Positions 38,215 to 47,428 of a DNA stretch of 64,000 nt are shown here, piece after piece. The position numbers and the translations under genes are program-made. The DNA lies in the IMG/VR virus record IMGVR_UViG_3300005613_000044, positions 9,057-73,056 of that record; one strand, written 5' to 3'. Each line of letters opens with the position of its first letter. Position 1 is the first letter of the stretch. The stretch comes from a virus. The notes beneath the pieces were generated by a model. That model worked only from the letters and a program-made list of their open reading frames with translations. It was not told where the DNA came from and made no database searches.

Positions 38215-38596
38215 AATAGCTGTAATAGAGCAAAAACTAGAAGATTTAAAACCTATTATTCTTAGAATTGATACTGCCATTGAGAAGATGAGTGAGGTAA
38301 ATACTAGTGTGAGTAGAATGCTTGCCATTCATGAAGAAAGAATATCAAAACAGGAAGAAGTTGACGTTGTATTATTTTCAAAGGTTGACAAACTCCGTGA
38401 TAAAATGGACATCAATCATAACTGTGTGCTTGCAAGAATACAGAGATTAGAGAAAAAAGTTTGGATTATGATAGGTTGTGCCACTGCTTTATCATTTTTA
38501 CTAAACAGTCCATTTTATCAAAATAATAACAATTTTAAAAAAATCTTGACATCCTATAAATCAACTCCTATAATAACTGGTAGTCGTCTTAGTTAA
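38198..38596 (+). CDS. coiled-coil protein with a C-terminal hydrophobic segment
   Basis: Heptad pattern followed by WIMIGCATALSFLL. Confidence 0.65.
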   Translation: MENQVKIAVIEQKLEDLKPIILRIDTAIEKMSEVNTSVSRMLAIHEERISKQEEVDVVLFSKVDKLRDKMDINHNCVLARIQRLEKKVWIMIGCATALSFLLNSPFYQNNNNFKKILTSYKSTPIITGSRLS

Positions 38597-38597
38597 C

Positions 38598-39590
38598 ATG
38601 GATTATATTGATGTAAAATACATCAATTTGATTTCCTCAAGACTTTCAAAATTCAAAAAGATTAAACCATATCTTTATAATTTTCGATGCCCTATTTGTG
38701 GAGATTCTAAAAAGAATAAAACCAAAGCAAGAGGTTTTCTTTATAGGGTAAAGAATAATAGTAATTACAAGTGCCATAATTGTGGTATCAGTATTTCTTT
38801 CAATTCTTTTCTCAAAGATTTGGATACTGAAATTCATAAACAATATACCTTTGAGAAGTTTAAAGAAGGGCATACCGGAAAAAACTTTGTGGCTAAAACA
38901 CCAGAAAGTATTTTTGATCAAGTTAAAACTTCAAAACCAACTTTTATAACAGAAGTGAAAATTGAACTGCCAAAAGCTTTTGACATTGATGTATCTAAAA
39001 GTTATTTGGAGTCAAGAGCAATTTTCAGTGGTGAATTTTATTATGCAAAAAACTTTAAAGAGTTTGTTAATTTTATTAAACCAGGAACATTCGATTCTAC
39101 CAAGTATGGTGAAGAAAGAATTGTAATTCCACTTATTAGAAATAAAAAACTTATTGGGGTTCAGGGGAGAGCACTATCTTCTAACCCTGTTAAATACTTA
39201 ACCATCATGTTAGATGAAGATGAACCAAAAATCTATGGGATTGATCGAGTTAATAAAGAACTTCCCGTCTATATCGTTGAAGGACCCTTTGACAGCACTT
39301 TCCTCCCTAATAGTGTGGCTTTGTGTGGTAGTGACGGTCAAGTTAGTGATCTTGAAGGAAGCGACAAAGTTTTTGTATATGATAATGAACCCCGTAATAA
39401 AGAAATTGTTAATCGAATTGAACAGTGTATTGAACGGGGAGAAAGTGTCGTCATCTGGCCATCAAACATAATTCAAAAAGATATTAATGATATGATTTTG
39501 GGTGGACATAATGTTCAAAATTTGGTAAAATTGAATACTTACAAAGGATTGGAAGCAAAACTAAAATTTACTATTTGGAAAAAGGTATGA
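38598..39590 (+). CDS. gp61: DNA primase
   Basis: CPICGDS and CHNC zinc finger; VEGPFDS, DNEPRN and KDINDM TOPRIM motifs. Confidence 0.95.
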   Translation: MDYIDVKYINLISSRLSKFKKIKPYLYNFRCPICGDSKKNKTKARGFLYRVKNNSNYKCHNCGISISFNSFLKDLDTEIHKQYTFEKFKEGHTGKNFVAKTPESIFDQVKTSKPTFITEVKIELPKAFDIDVSKSYLESRAIFSGEFYYAKNFKEFVNFIKPGTFDSTKYGEERIVIPLIRNKKLIGVQGRALSSNPVKYLTIMLDEDEPKIYGIDRVNKELPVYIVEGPFDSTFLPNSVALCGSDGQVSDLEGSDKVFVYDNEPRNKEIVNRIEQCIERGESVVIWPSNIIQKDINDMILGGHNVQNLVKLNTYKGLEAKLKFTIWKKV

Positions 39591-41884
39591 CTAACGGTAC
39601 AAAAGTTGTTAAGAGAAATGGTAATATTCAGTCTCTTGACCTGGATAAGATGCACTTGATGGTTTCGGAGGCTTGTAGGGGTCTTGCAGGGGTCTCTGCA
39701 AGTCAAGTAGAGATGACTTCTGGTATTCAGTTTTATGATGGAATTACCACGAGAGAAATTCAGGAGATCTTGATTAAGAGTGCGAGTGATCTGATTGATC
39801 TGGAACATCCAAATTATCAATATGTTGCTGCTCGACTTCTCTTGTTTTCTCTGAGAAAACAACTTTATGGTGTTATGAGAGATCATCCTTCACTTGTTGA
39901 TCATATTCAAAAACTTTGTTATGATAACATTTATGATAAGGAAATATTTTCCAAATATTCTTTGGAAGAAATTGAAAAGGTAGAATCTTTTATTGATCAT
40001 GATCGTGACTACCTGTTCACATATGCGGGATTACGGCAGGTATCCGATAAATACTTAGTGCAGGATAGGAGCACTGGAGAGGTTTACGAAACTCCTCAGT
40101 TCATGTACATCATGATTGCTCTGACTATTTTTCAAGAGTATCCTAAGGAGACAAGACTTTTTTACGTTAAGAAGTATTATGACGCAATCTCCAAACATAA
40201 ACTCAACATCCCGACACCAATCATGGCAGGGGTCAGAACACCCCTTCGTCAATTTGCATCTTGTGTTCTCGTTGATGTTGATGACACCCTCGATAGTATC
40301 TTTAGCAGTGATATGGCTATTGGTAGGTATGTCGCACAGAGGGCTGGTATCGGCATTAACGCTGGCAGAATCCGTGGTATCAACAGCAAAATACGAGGTG
40401 GCGAGGTACAACATACAGGTGTGGTCCCCTTCCTTAAAAAGTTTGAATCAACTGTCCGATGCTGTACACAAAACGGCATCAGAGGTGGTTCTGCTACAGT
40501 TCACTTTCCTATCTGGCACAAAGAGATAGAGGACATTCTTGTTCTTAAAAACAACAAAGGAACTGAAGATAACCGAGTTCGTAAACTAGATTATAGTATT
40601 CAAATCAGTAAACTCTTCTATGAACGTTTCATCCAAAACGGAGAAGTCTCACTCTTCTCTCCACACGATGTTCCTGGTTTGTATGATGCTTTTGGTACTG
40701 ATCGATTTGATGAGTTGTATGTGGCTTATGAACGAACTGAGTCTATTCCAAGAAAGACTATCGGAGCTCAAGAACTCATTCTGGACCTTCTGAAAGAAAG
40801 AGCAGAAACAGGTCGAATTTATATCATGAATATCGATCATTGTAACTCTCACTCCTCCTTTAAGGATAAGGTTTATATGAGTAACCTCTGTCAAGAAATT
40901 ACATTACCGACTCATCCTCTTCAACATATTGATGATGAATATGGAGAGATTGCACTTTGTATTCTTTCTGCTATTAATGTTGGTAAGGTCAAGTCTGATG
41001 AAGAACTGGAAGAACTTTGTGATCTTTCTGTTCGTAGTCTCGAAGAACTCATCGACTATCAAGAGTATCCTGTAAAGTCTGCAGAACTTGCCACAAAGGC
41101 TCGTAGGTCTCTTGGAGTAGGTTTTATTGGTTTAGCTCATTATTTGGCTAAATTGGGATATAGTTATGAATCTCAAGAGGCATGGGATGCTGTTCATGGA
41201 CTTTCTGAGTCTTTCCAATATTATCTTTTGAAATCCTCTAACCAAATTGCTAAGGAAAAAGGTCATTGTGAATACTTTGGTAGAACCAAGTATTCTGATG
41301 GTATTCTTCCCATTGATACATATAAAAAAGATGTAGACGAACTTTGCTCACAGGATTTGAAACATGATTGGGAAGGTCTTAGAGAATCTATCTTGGAACA
41401 CGGTCTTAGGCACTCAACACTGTCCGCACAGATGCCATCAGAGAGCAGTTCCGTTGTTTCAAATGCAACCAACGGAATCGAACCACCTAGAGACTACCTG
41501 TCCATTAAAAAGTCGAAGAAAGGACCTCTTAAGCAGATTGTTCCACAGTATAATACACTGAAGAATAACTACACTTTGTTGTGGGAAATGCAAAGCAATA
41601 GAGGTTATATTAATATTGTTGCTGTGATTCAAAAGTTTTTCGATCAAGCTATTAGTGGTAACTGGAGTTATAACCCTGAAAATTATCCAGATAATGAGGT
41701 TCCAGTCTCACAAATGGCAAATGATTTTCTAACTACATATAAGTATGGGTGGAAGACTTCCTACTATCAGAATACTTACGATATTAAAACTGATGAAGTT
41801 GTTGAAGAGAAGTCAGATTTACAAAACCTATTAGAGGAATTAGAAAACACAGAGGAGGAAGCTTGTGACAGCTGTTCAATTTAA
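39587..41884 (+). CDS. nrdA: ribonucleotide reductase class Ia alpha subunit
   Basis: ATP cone VVKRNG; PTPIMAG, SNLCQEI and C-terminal CDSC. Confidence 0.97.
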   Translation: MTNGTKVVKRNGNIQSLDLDKMHLMVSEACRGLAGVSASQVEMTSGIQFYDGITTREIQEILIKSASDLIDLEHPNYQYVAARLLLFSLRKQLYGVMRDHPSLVDHIQKLCYDNIYDKEIFSKYSLEEIEKVESFIDHDRDYLFTYAGLRQVSDKYLVQDRSTGEVYETPQFMYIMIALTIFQEYPKETRLFYVKKYYDAISKHKLNIPTPIMAGVRTPLRQFASCVLVDVDDTLDSIFSSDMAIGRYVAQRAGIGINAGRIRGINSKIRGGEVQHTGVVPFLKKFESTVRCCTQNGIRGGSATVHFPIWHKEIEDILVLKNNKGTEDNRVRKLDYSIQISKLFYERFIQNGEVSLFSPHDVPGLYDAFGTDRFDELYVAYERTESIPRKTIGAQELILDLLKERAETGRIYIMNIDHCNSHSSFKDKVYMSNLCQEITLPTHPLQHIDDEYGEIALCILSAINVGKVKSDEELEELCDLSVRSLEELIDYQEYPVKSAELATKARRSLGVGFIGLAHYLAKLGYSYESQEAWDAVHGLSESFQYYLLKSSNQIAKEKGHCEYFGRTKYSDGILPIDTYKKDVDELCSQDLKHDWEGLRESILEHGLRHSTLSAQMPSESSSVVSNATNGIEPPRDYLSIKKSKKGPLKQIVPQYNTLKNNYTLLWEMQSNRGYINIVAVIQKFFDQAISGNWSYNPENYPDNEVPVSQMANDFLTTYKYGWKTSYYQNTYDIKTDEVVEEKSDLQNLLEELENTEEEACDSCSI

Positions 41885-43061
41885 GGTTCCATTTTTTGAT
41901 GATAGTAATAAAAATACTAATGTGAAAGGAATGACAGTATTTAACTCCGATTCTTATGATGTTAAAAAACAACCAATGTTTTTTGGTAGACCATTAGGAA
42001 TTCAAAGATATGATTCTTACAAGTATCCTGTTTTTGATAAACTAACTAACCAACAACTTGGGTACTTCTGGAGACCAGAAGAAGTTTCATTACAGAAAGA
42101 TCGTGGAGATTATCAAACACTTCGTCCTGAACAAAAACATATCTATACAAGTAACCTCAAATATCAGATTATGCTTGACTCCATACAAGGGCGTGGTCCT
42201 GGGATGGCTTTTATACCTTATTGCAGCCTACCCGAGTTAGAAGCGTGTATGGAAGTTTGGGGGTTCATGGAAATGATCCATAGTCGTTCTTATACTTATA
42301 TCATTAAGAACGTCTATGCAGATCCCTCTGAAGTCTTTGATACTATTATTACTGATGAGAGAATTCTGGAACGTGCTAGTAGCGTTACAGAATCTTATGA
42401 CAATTTTATCCAAACAGCTCAAAATTATTCAAGTGGTAATGATTGGATTCATCGTTTAGAAGATGTTACACACGCACAACAATCATTAAAAGATGTCAAA
42501 CGAAAATTATACAGGGCAGTCGCCAACGTTAACATTCTTGAAGGTATTAGGTTCTACGTTAGTTTTGCTTGTAGTTTCGCCTTCGGTGAACTTAAGCTTA
42601 TGGAAGGATCAGCTAAAATCATCTCTCTCATCGCAAGAGACGAAAATCAACACTTAGCAATCACTCAGAACATTCTGAACAAGTGGAAGAATGGTGATGA
42701 TCCTGAAATGAAACAGATCATGAAAGAAGAGGAAGAGTGGACTTATAAGATGTTTGATCGTGCTGTAAATGAGGAGAAACGTTGGGCAGATTATCTGTTC
42801 AAAGATGGAAGTATGATTGGTCTAAATGACAAACTTCTTCAACAATATGTTGAATGGGTAGCTAATCGTAGGTTGAAGGCCATTGGTCTTAAACCAGTAT
42901 ATGATATTTCTGCTAAGAATAATCCACTCCCTTGGACACAACATTGGATCTCTTCTAAGGGATTACAGGTTGCACCACAAGAGACTGAGGTTGAAAGTTA
43001 TGTAGTTGGTGGTATTAAACAAGATGTCAAAAAAGATACCTTTTCAGGATTTCAGTTATGA
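41865..43061 (+). CDS. nrdB: ribonucleotide reductase class Ia beta subunit
   Basis: FWRPEEV, EMIHSRSY, IARDENQH and VAPQETE motifs. Confidence 0.97.
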   Translation: MTAVQFKVPFFDDSNKNTNVKGMTVFNSDSYDVKKQPMFFGRPLGIQRYDSYKYPVFDKLTNQQLGYFWRPEEVSLQKDRGDYQTLRPEQKHIYTSNLKYQIMLDSIQGRGPGMAFIPYCSLPELEACMEVWGFMEMIHSRSYTYIIKNVYADPSEVFDTIITDERILERASSVTESYDNFIQTAQNYSSGNDWIHRLEDVTHAQQSLKDVKRKLYRAVANVNILEGIRFYVSFACSFAFGELKLMEGSAKIISLIARDENQHLAITQNILNKWKNGDDPEMKQIMKEEEEWTYKMFDRAVNEEKRWADYLFKDGSMIGLNDKLLQQYVEWVANRRLKAIGLKPVYDISAKNNPLPWTQHWISSKGLQVAPQETEVESYVVGGIKQDVKKDTFSGFQL

Positions 43062-43476
43062 ATTTGAGGTAGTTTTCGACAAAGAGAAGGAAACTACCAT
43101 ACAAAAAATTAAGAGGTGGATATCCAAGAGAAAACCACCTCTTAATATTATTTTTATGCACTTATTTTCTTATGTGGAAATGTGGTATTGGGAGGGTAAA
43201 CTAAAACAAACTATGTCTGATGTTGATAATCAGATAGAAGATTTACATGAATTGTGGGACAATGAGCACTCCATCAAAAGAAATACTGCAGTGGAGATTG
43301 AACCATCTGAAGTTCCTCACCTTCCAACTCTTAGAATTAAAAATGAAGTTGTTGATCGAGGATCTGAAGAACCTATTTCAAGCGTGGAAACTACAATTCC
43401 TAAAAATTTGTTTCCTGACCCATGGGATGGAGATTGGAATGATGGAGCATATATACATCTGGAAAGAAATAAATAA
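43024..43476 (+). CDS. hypothetical protein
   Basis: ORF filling the gap after nrdB; start codon uncertain. Confidence 0.55.
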   Translation: MSKKIPFQDFSYEFEVVFDKEKETTIQKIKRWISKRKPPLNIIFMHLFSYVEMWYWEGKLKQTMSDVDNQIEDLHELWDNEHSIKRNTAVEIEPSEVPHLPTLRIKNEVVDRGSEEPISSVETTIPKNLFPDPWDGDWNDGAYIHLERNK

Positions 43477-43496
43477 GGACATAATGTTATAATTAT

Positions 43497-43964
43497 GTGG
43501 AAAAGAGTAAAGATTATTCAAATCCTTGGACTTACATGGAACGAACTTTTGATAGTATTGATGTTGGGGATTACTTTGGTTTTGTTTACCTCATTACCAA
43601 TCTCACAAACCAACGACAGTACATTGGGAGAAAATACTTTTGGTCGTTTAGGACTCCTAAAGGAAAAAAGAGAAAAGTAAAACAAGAATCGGATTGGAAA
43701 AAATATTATGGATCTTGTCCAGAATTAAAGGAGGATGTGAAAAAATTTGGAGAAGAGAACTTTAAAAGAGAAATTCTTTCTTTGCATGAAACTAAAGGGA
43801 GAACAAACTTTGAGGAGACTCGACAATTATTTGTAAATAATGTCTTGAGTGAATCTCTTGACAATGGGGAACCGAAGTATTATAATAGCAACATCCTCGG
43901 TCGTTACTACCGCAAGGATTACTTTGAGTCGTGTGAAGGATTAAATCCTTGTGACGAATGTTGA
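43497..43964 (+). CDS. GIY-YIG-family endonuclease
   Basis: FGFVY-(10)-YIGRK variant and YNSNI; downstream of nrdB, like T4 denA. Confidence 0.75.
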   Translation: MEKSKDYSNPWTYMERTFDSIDVGDYFGFVYLITNLTNQRQYIGRKYFWSFRTPKGKKRKVKQESDWKKYYGSCPELKEDVKKFGEENFKREILSLHETKGRTNFEETRQLFVNNVLSESLDNGEPKYYNSNILGRYYRKDYFESCEGLNPCDEC

Positions 43965-44593
43965 GTTCTATGAATTACGTGTTTACTAAGTTTCTACCAC
44001 TTGCTTTGGTATCTATTATTCCTGCTGCTTGTGCTTATCCAAGTATCAGTGAGATCAAAAACCCACCTGAAGTTGATGTAACTGTCAACATGGAGAAGAC
44101 AGTTCCTATTGAGGTGGTAGAATATAAGGAACCAACATGGAAGTGTCCTGATTGCACACCAAATGAAAAGTATGTCCTTGCACAACTCCAAGAACACACC
44201 AAGATCTCCGATCGTAATGCTCTCGCAACGATTATGGGTAACATTAAACAAGAGAGCAAATTCATTTCCAACATATGCGAGGGAGGGGCTAGAGTTCCTT
44301 ACAACTCTTGCCATCGTGGGGGTTATGGTCTTATTCAATGGACCACAGTAGGACGTTATAATGGTCTTGGTAAGTTTTGTTCTAAATATGGTTGTGATCC
44401 AAGCAGTTTAGAAGGTCAAACTCGCTGGATGATTAACGAACCTATCTTCCAGAAGTATCTTCCTATGTTTGAAGGACCTGGACAAACAGTTAGACAATAT
44501 ATGGTCCCAGCATACTACTGGTTGGGGTGGGGTATCAAAGGCAACAGAGAAGTCTACGCTTGGGACTACACTAAAAGAATCATCCTAGCTTGA
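43958..44593 (+). CDS. phage-tail-lysozyme-like cell wall hydrolase with a signal/lipoprotein-like N-terminus
   Basis: MGNIKQES, GYGLIQWT and SLEGQ motifs; hydrophobic N-terminus ending AAC. Confidence 0.7.
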   Translation: MLSSMNYVFTKFLPLALVSIIPAACAYPSISEIKNPPEVDVTVNMEKTVPIEVVEYKEPTWKCPDCTPNEKYVLAQLQEHTKISDRNALATIMGNIKQESKFISNICEGGARVPYNSCHRGGYGLIQWTTVGRYNGLGKFCSKYGCDPSSLEGQTRWMINEPIFQKYLPMFEGPGQTVRQYMVPAYYWLGWGIKGNREVYAWDYTKRIILA

Positions 44594-44618
44594 CGAAGAT
44601 GTCCACATATCTTATAAT
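44590..44618 (+). promoter_or_regulatory. sigma70 promoter of the tRNA cluster
   Basis: TTGACG-17 bp-TATAAT. Confidence 0.75.
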
Positions 44619-44632
44619 ATGTGGGTATTCAA

Positions 44633-44706
44633 GACTCAGTAGCTCAGTGGAATAGAGCATCGCTCTTCTAAAGCGTTGGTCGTAGGTTCGAATCCTACCT
44701 GAGTCG
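44633..44706 (+). tRNA. tRNA-Arg(TCT)
   Basis: Cloverleaf with GACTCAG/CTGAGTC acceptor, loop CTTCTAA and GTTCGAATC T-loop. Confidence 0.93.
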
Positions 44707-44708
44707 TT

Positions 44709-44831
44709 ACGGATTGGCGACATCCGTGCTCACATCTCCGAGAGAAAAAGAATCGGAACACCAACCCATGTGAGAGAGAGGTGGGATCCCTCTTGAGCCC
44801 GTCAGTGTTATTCTGCAGGATAATATTGACG
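44709..44831 (+). ncRNA. unassigned structured RNA between tRNA-Arg and tRNA-Thr
   Basis: Five stems, including a 14-bp hairpin with G-U pairs; no ORF in the supplied track. Confidence 0.5.
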
Positions 44832-44841
44832 TATTCTTATT

Positions 44842-44912
44842 GCCTCTAAAGCATTGTGGTGATGCAGCTGTTTTGTAAGCAGCAGAGGTTGGTTCAATTC
44901 CGACTAGAGGCT
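44842..44912 (+). tRNA. tRNA-Thr(TGT)
   Basis: GCCTCTA/TAGAGGC acceptor; anticodon loop TTTGTAA. Confidence 0.88.
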
Positions 44913-44916
44913 CCTT

Positions 44917-44988
44917 GCGAGATTAGTTCAGTGGTAGAACGCCATCCTTCCAAGTTGGATGTCACCGGTTCGAATCCGGTATCTCGCT
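44917..44988 (+). tRNA. tRNA-Gly(TCC)
   Basis: GCGAGAT/ATCTCGC acceptor; loop CTTCCAA. Confidence 0.92.
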
Positions 44989-45021
44989 TTTCCTTTTCTT
45001 AAGGAATAAATGGATGATTGT

Positions 45022-45093
45022 GGGTGAATAACTCAGCGGTAGAGTGTCTCGTTTACACCGAGGTTGTCGGGGGTTCGATCCCCTCTTCACCCA
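45022..45093 (+). tRNA. tRNA-Val(TAC)
   Basis: GGGTGAA/TTCACCC acceptor; loop TTTACAC. Confidence 0.92.
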
Positions 45094-45111
45094 TTTGCAA
45101 TAATAATTAAT

Positions 45112-45336
45112 ATGAAAAATAAAAAGTTCCGTAAAATGATTCAAAAACCTTTAAGGTTTCATCATCAAGACATTCATGAGGAATTGGAAGAAATAAAGGA
45201 GATGTTGAAAGATGTTATCTTACAGATGCAAACAATGCAACAAAGAGTTGACCAGCAACACGAAAATACAATGTTGCGGTTGTCCGAACATGATGACAAT
45301 CACGGAGAACAAAGTTTCAGCCTTGGATCTAAGTGA
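45112..45336 (+). CDS. hypothetical protein
   Basis: ATG after tRNA-Val; overlaps the next ORF by 125 nt. Confidence 0.45.
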   Translation: MKNKKFRKMIQKPLRFHHQDIHEELEEIKEMLKDVILQMQTMQQRVDQQHENTMLRLSEHDDNHGEQSFSLGSK

Positions 45337-45460
45337 AGTAATATTACTAAATTCTAAAAAGATTGTAAATAATCATGATGTCCTGACAAAAAATGATTTA
45401 GAATATCAGGAGAACAGAAGAAAACGTAAAATTCGTAAATTAGACTTCGAGGTACGATAA
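45212..45460 (+). CDS. small Cys-rich (putative zinc-binding) protein
   Basis: CKQC...CCGCPN; GGAG RBS. Confidence 0.7.
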   Translation: MLSYRCKQCNKELTSNTKIQCCGCPNMMTITENKVSALDLSEVILLNSKKIVNNHDVLTKNDLEYQENRRKRKIRKLDFEVR

Positions 45461-45657
45461 TGATTAATCTGGATACTCGATATCATGACTACTTACATAC
45501 TAATAAATGTTTTAATATTAATGGCAAATGTGAAAAAGTAGTTGGGTATGGGTGGACAGATGATGGAAAAGACATTACTGGTTACTATGTCTTGACAAAA
45601 AACTACAAATTACATTATAATCTTAAAGAAGAGTTCCGACAAATGGAAGAACTCTAA
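45460..45657 (+). CDS. hypothetical protein
   Basis: TAATG-coupled ORF. Confidence 0.6.
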   Translation: MINLDTRYHDYLHTNKCFNINGKCEKVVGYGWTDDGKDITGYYVLTKNYKLHYNLKEEFRQMEEL

Positions 45658-45660
45658 TAT

Positions 45661-45748
45661 GGAAGAGTGGCCGAGTGGTTTAAGGCGTTTGTCTTGAAAA
45701 CAAAAGTAGGTAACACTACCGGAGGTTCGAATCCTCTCTCTTCCGCCA
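45661..45748 (+). tRNA. tRNA-Ser(TGA)
   Basis: Long variable arm, loop CTTGAAA and encoded CCA. Confidence 0.93.
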
Positions 45749-45822
45749 CGGAATGTAGCTCAGTTTGGTAGAGCACTGCTTTTGGGAAGCAGGAGTCGCA
45801 CGTTCGAATCGTGTCATTCCGA
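45749..45822 (+). tRNA. tRNA-Pro(TGG)
   Basis: CGGAATG/CATTCCG acceptor; loop TTTGGGA. Confidence 0.92.
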
Positions 45823-45868
45823 CTAGGATTTAAATCCTTAACACTTATACGAATTGGAAATTTGTTCA

Positions 45869-46516
45869 ATGAAAATCTTTTTGGACACCGCTGATTACAA
45901 CGCCATTGCCGAACGTTATGCTACTGGTTTGGTAGATGGTATTACAACTAACCCGACACTAGTTCGTAAGTCTGGTGTGAATTATCTTGATTTTATCAAG
46001 ACACTAGCGAATGATTTTGCTTTTGAAAGTATCTCTGCTGAAGTCGATGGTGAGACTTATGATGTGATGCTCGAAAATGCAAATCAGTTCCTTAATATTG
46101 ATCCTTCTATTACTATTAAACTGCCTCTCACTAAGGAAGGTTTAATTGCTTGTCGTGATCTTGCTTTGGGTGGTATCAAGACTAATGTCACCCTCTGTTT
46201 CTCTGCTGCTCAGGCAGTGATGGCCGCTAAGGCAGGTGCCACATACATCTCCCCATTTGTGGGTCGTATGAACGATAATAGTTTTAGTGGAGTCGAACTG
46301 GTACGTGCTATCTCTGGTTTATACTGTACTCATGGTGTTGAGACTAAAGTTCTTGCAGCATCTCTTCGTGATGTCCACCATGTTTCCCGTTGTCTGTTGT
46401 ATGGTGCTAATGTTGTAACACTTCCTCCAGCAGTCTTTGATAAGATGTATAATCATGTGTTGACAGACTCTGGTCTGGCAATTTTTGAAAAAGATTTCAA
46501 GGAAATTAATGGTTGA
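45869..46516 (+). CDS. talC: transaldolase (TalC family, auxiliary metabolic gene)
   Basis: IFLDTA, GITTNPTL, TNVTLCFS, YISPFVGR and LAASLR motifs. Confidence 0.95.
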   Translation: MKIFLDTADYNAIAERYATGLVDGITTNPTLVRKSGVNYLDFIKTLANDFAFESISAEVDGETYDVMLENANQFLNIDPSITIKLPLTKEGLIACRDLALGGIKTNVTLCFSAAQAVMAAKAGATYISPFVGRMNDNSFSGVELVRAISGLYCTHGVETKVLAASLRDVHHVSRCLLYGANVVTLPPAVFDKMYNHVLTDSGLAIFEKDFKEING

Positions 46517-46572
46517 AAGGGGTTGACACACTTGAAAATTTGATATAGTATTCTCTTATACATACTCTAACT

Positions 46573-46746
46573 ATGGATTTTTACTCGGTGGAATATTGGG
46601 AAGAAAACTGGGAAACATTGATCGAAAGAGTTGAAAATGGAGAACATATAGGAATTGAAAACAAAGATGGAAATAAAGCAGTTATGATACCTGCAGATGA
46701 TGAACTGGTTCGAATACACACTGAGTTAAATAACGACGCTCAGTAG
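46573..46746 (+). CDS. Phd/YefM antitoxin-like small protein (57 aa)
   Basis: Read manually: ...LIERVENGEHIGIENKDGNKAVMIPAD...; promoter TTGACA..TATAGT upstream. Confidence 0.55.
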   Translation: MDFYSVEYWEENWETLIERVENGEHIGIENKDGNKAVMIPADDELVRIHTELNNDAQ

Positions 46747-46755
46747 TGTATTCAA

Positions 46756-46827
46756 GGGACTATCGCATATTGGTTAATGCCCATTCCTTATAAGAGTGTG
46801 AACCGGGTTCAATTCCCGGTAGTCCCA
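46756..46827 (+). tRNA. tRNA-Ile(TAT)
   Basis: GGGACTA/TAGTCCC acceptor; loop CTTATAA. Confidence 0.85.
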
Positions 46828-46831
46828 CTTT

Positions 46832-46904
46832 GGAGGATTAGCAATCTGGTGAATGCAGCAAACTCATAATTTGCCTAAGGCGAGTTCGATCCTCGCATCC
46901 TCTA
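46832..46904 (+). tRNA. tRNA with CAT anticodon (elongator Met or Ile2)
   Basis: GGAGGAT/ATCCTCT acceptor; loop CTCATAA; lacks the initiator GGG/CCC anticodon stem. Confidence 0.85.
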
Positions 46905-46956
46905 TTGACAGAACCCCTGTCAAACCCTTATAATACTAAGGTCAACATTCAAGACA

Positions 46957-47172
46957 ATGACTATCACTTCTAAATTCAAAAAAGACATTTCTACCCTTCG
47001 TTCCGCAGTTGACGGAGACTTCTTTCTTGATGTAAAGAATCCGAAACTTTACAAAAAAGTTCGTAGGTTTTACGAAAATGGTGGAGTAGCTTTTTCTGGT
47101 GATCCTCTTGATGATTATGACATTCTTCTTGACTGTCTTGCTGAAGATCTGAAATCGTTTGAGGTTGCTTGA
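46957..47172 (+). CDS. conserved hypothetical protein
   Basis: Own promoter TTGACA-18-TATAAT (46905..46934). Confidence 0.7.
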   Translation: MTITSKFKKDISTLRSAVDGDFFLDVKNPKLYKKVRRFYENGGVAFSGDPLDDYDILLDCLAEDLKSFEVA

Positions 47173-47174
47173 AC

Positions 47175-47408
47175 ATGAAAGTTCTTCTTGAAAGATTTCC
47201 TTATCGTTATGTTGAGAGTGGTGTTCTAGAGAATGGAAACCCAGATTATCGTATTCAAAAAGCAAATGAATATACTAATCGTTACTCTGACATGTACCTT
47301 CTTGACAATCAGATGCAACTTCTGACTGCTATGGAAGACTTTGAATATACGAAATGGCTTGATCCAGATCGTATCCCATGTTATATCAGGGATAAAGTTT
47401 CTAAATAA
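47175..47408 (+). CDS. conserved hypothetical protein
   Basis: ERFPYRYV...PDYRIQK ORF in the operon. Confidence 0.7.
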   Translation: MKVLLERFPYRYVESGVLENGNPDYRIQKANEYTNRYSDMYLLDNQMQLLTAMEDFEYTKWLDPDRIPCYIRDKVSK

Positions 47409-47428
47409 ATCTAGAATTGGAAATTTTC

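Noticed and set aside
39587-43061. Introns or inteins in nrdA/nrdB
   Set aside because: Both ORFs are continuous and of ordinary length.
44709-44831. Spacer RNA as a degenerate tRNA or tmRNA
   Set aside because: No T-loop GTTCRA, acceptor stem or tag reading frame was found.
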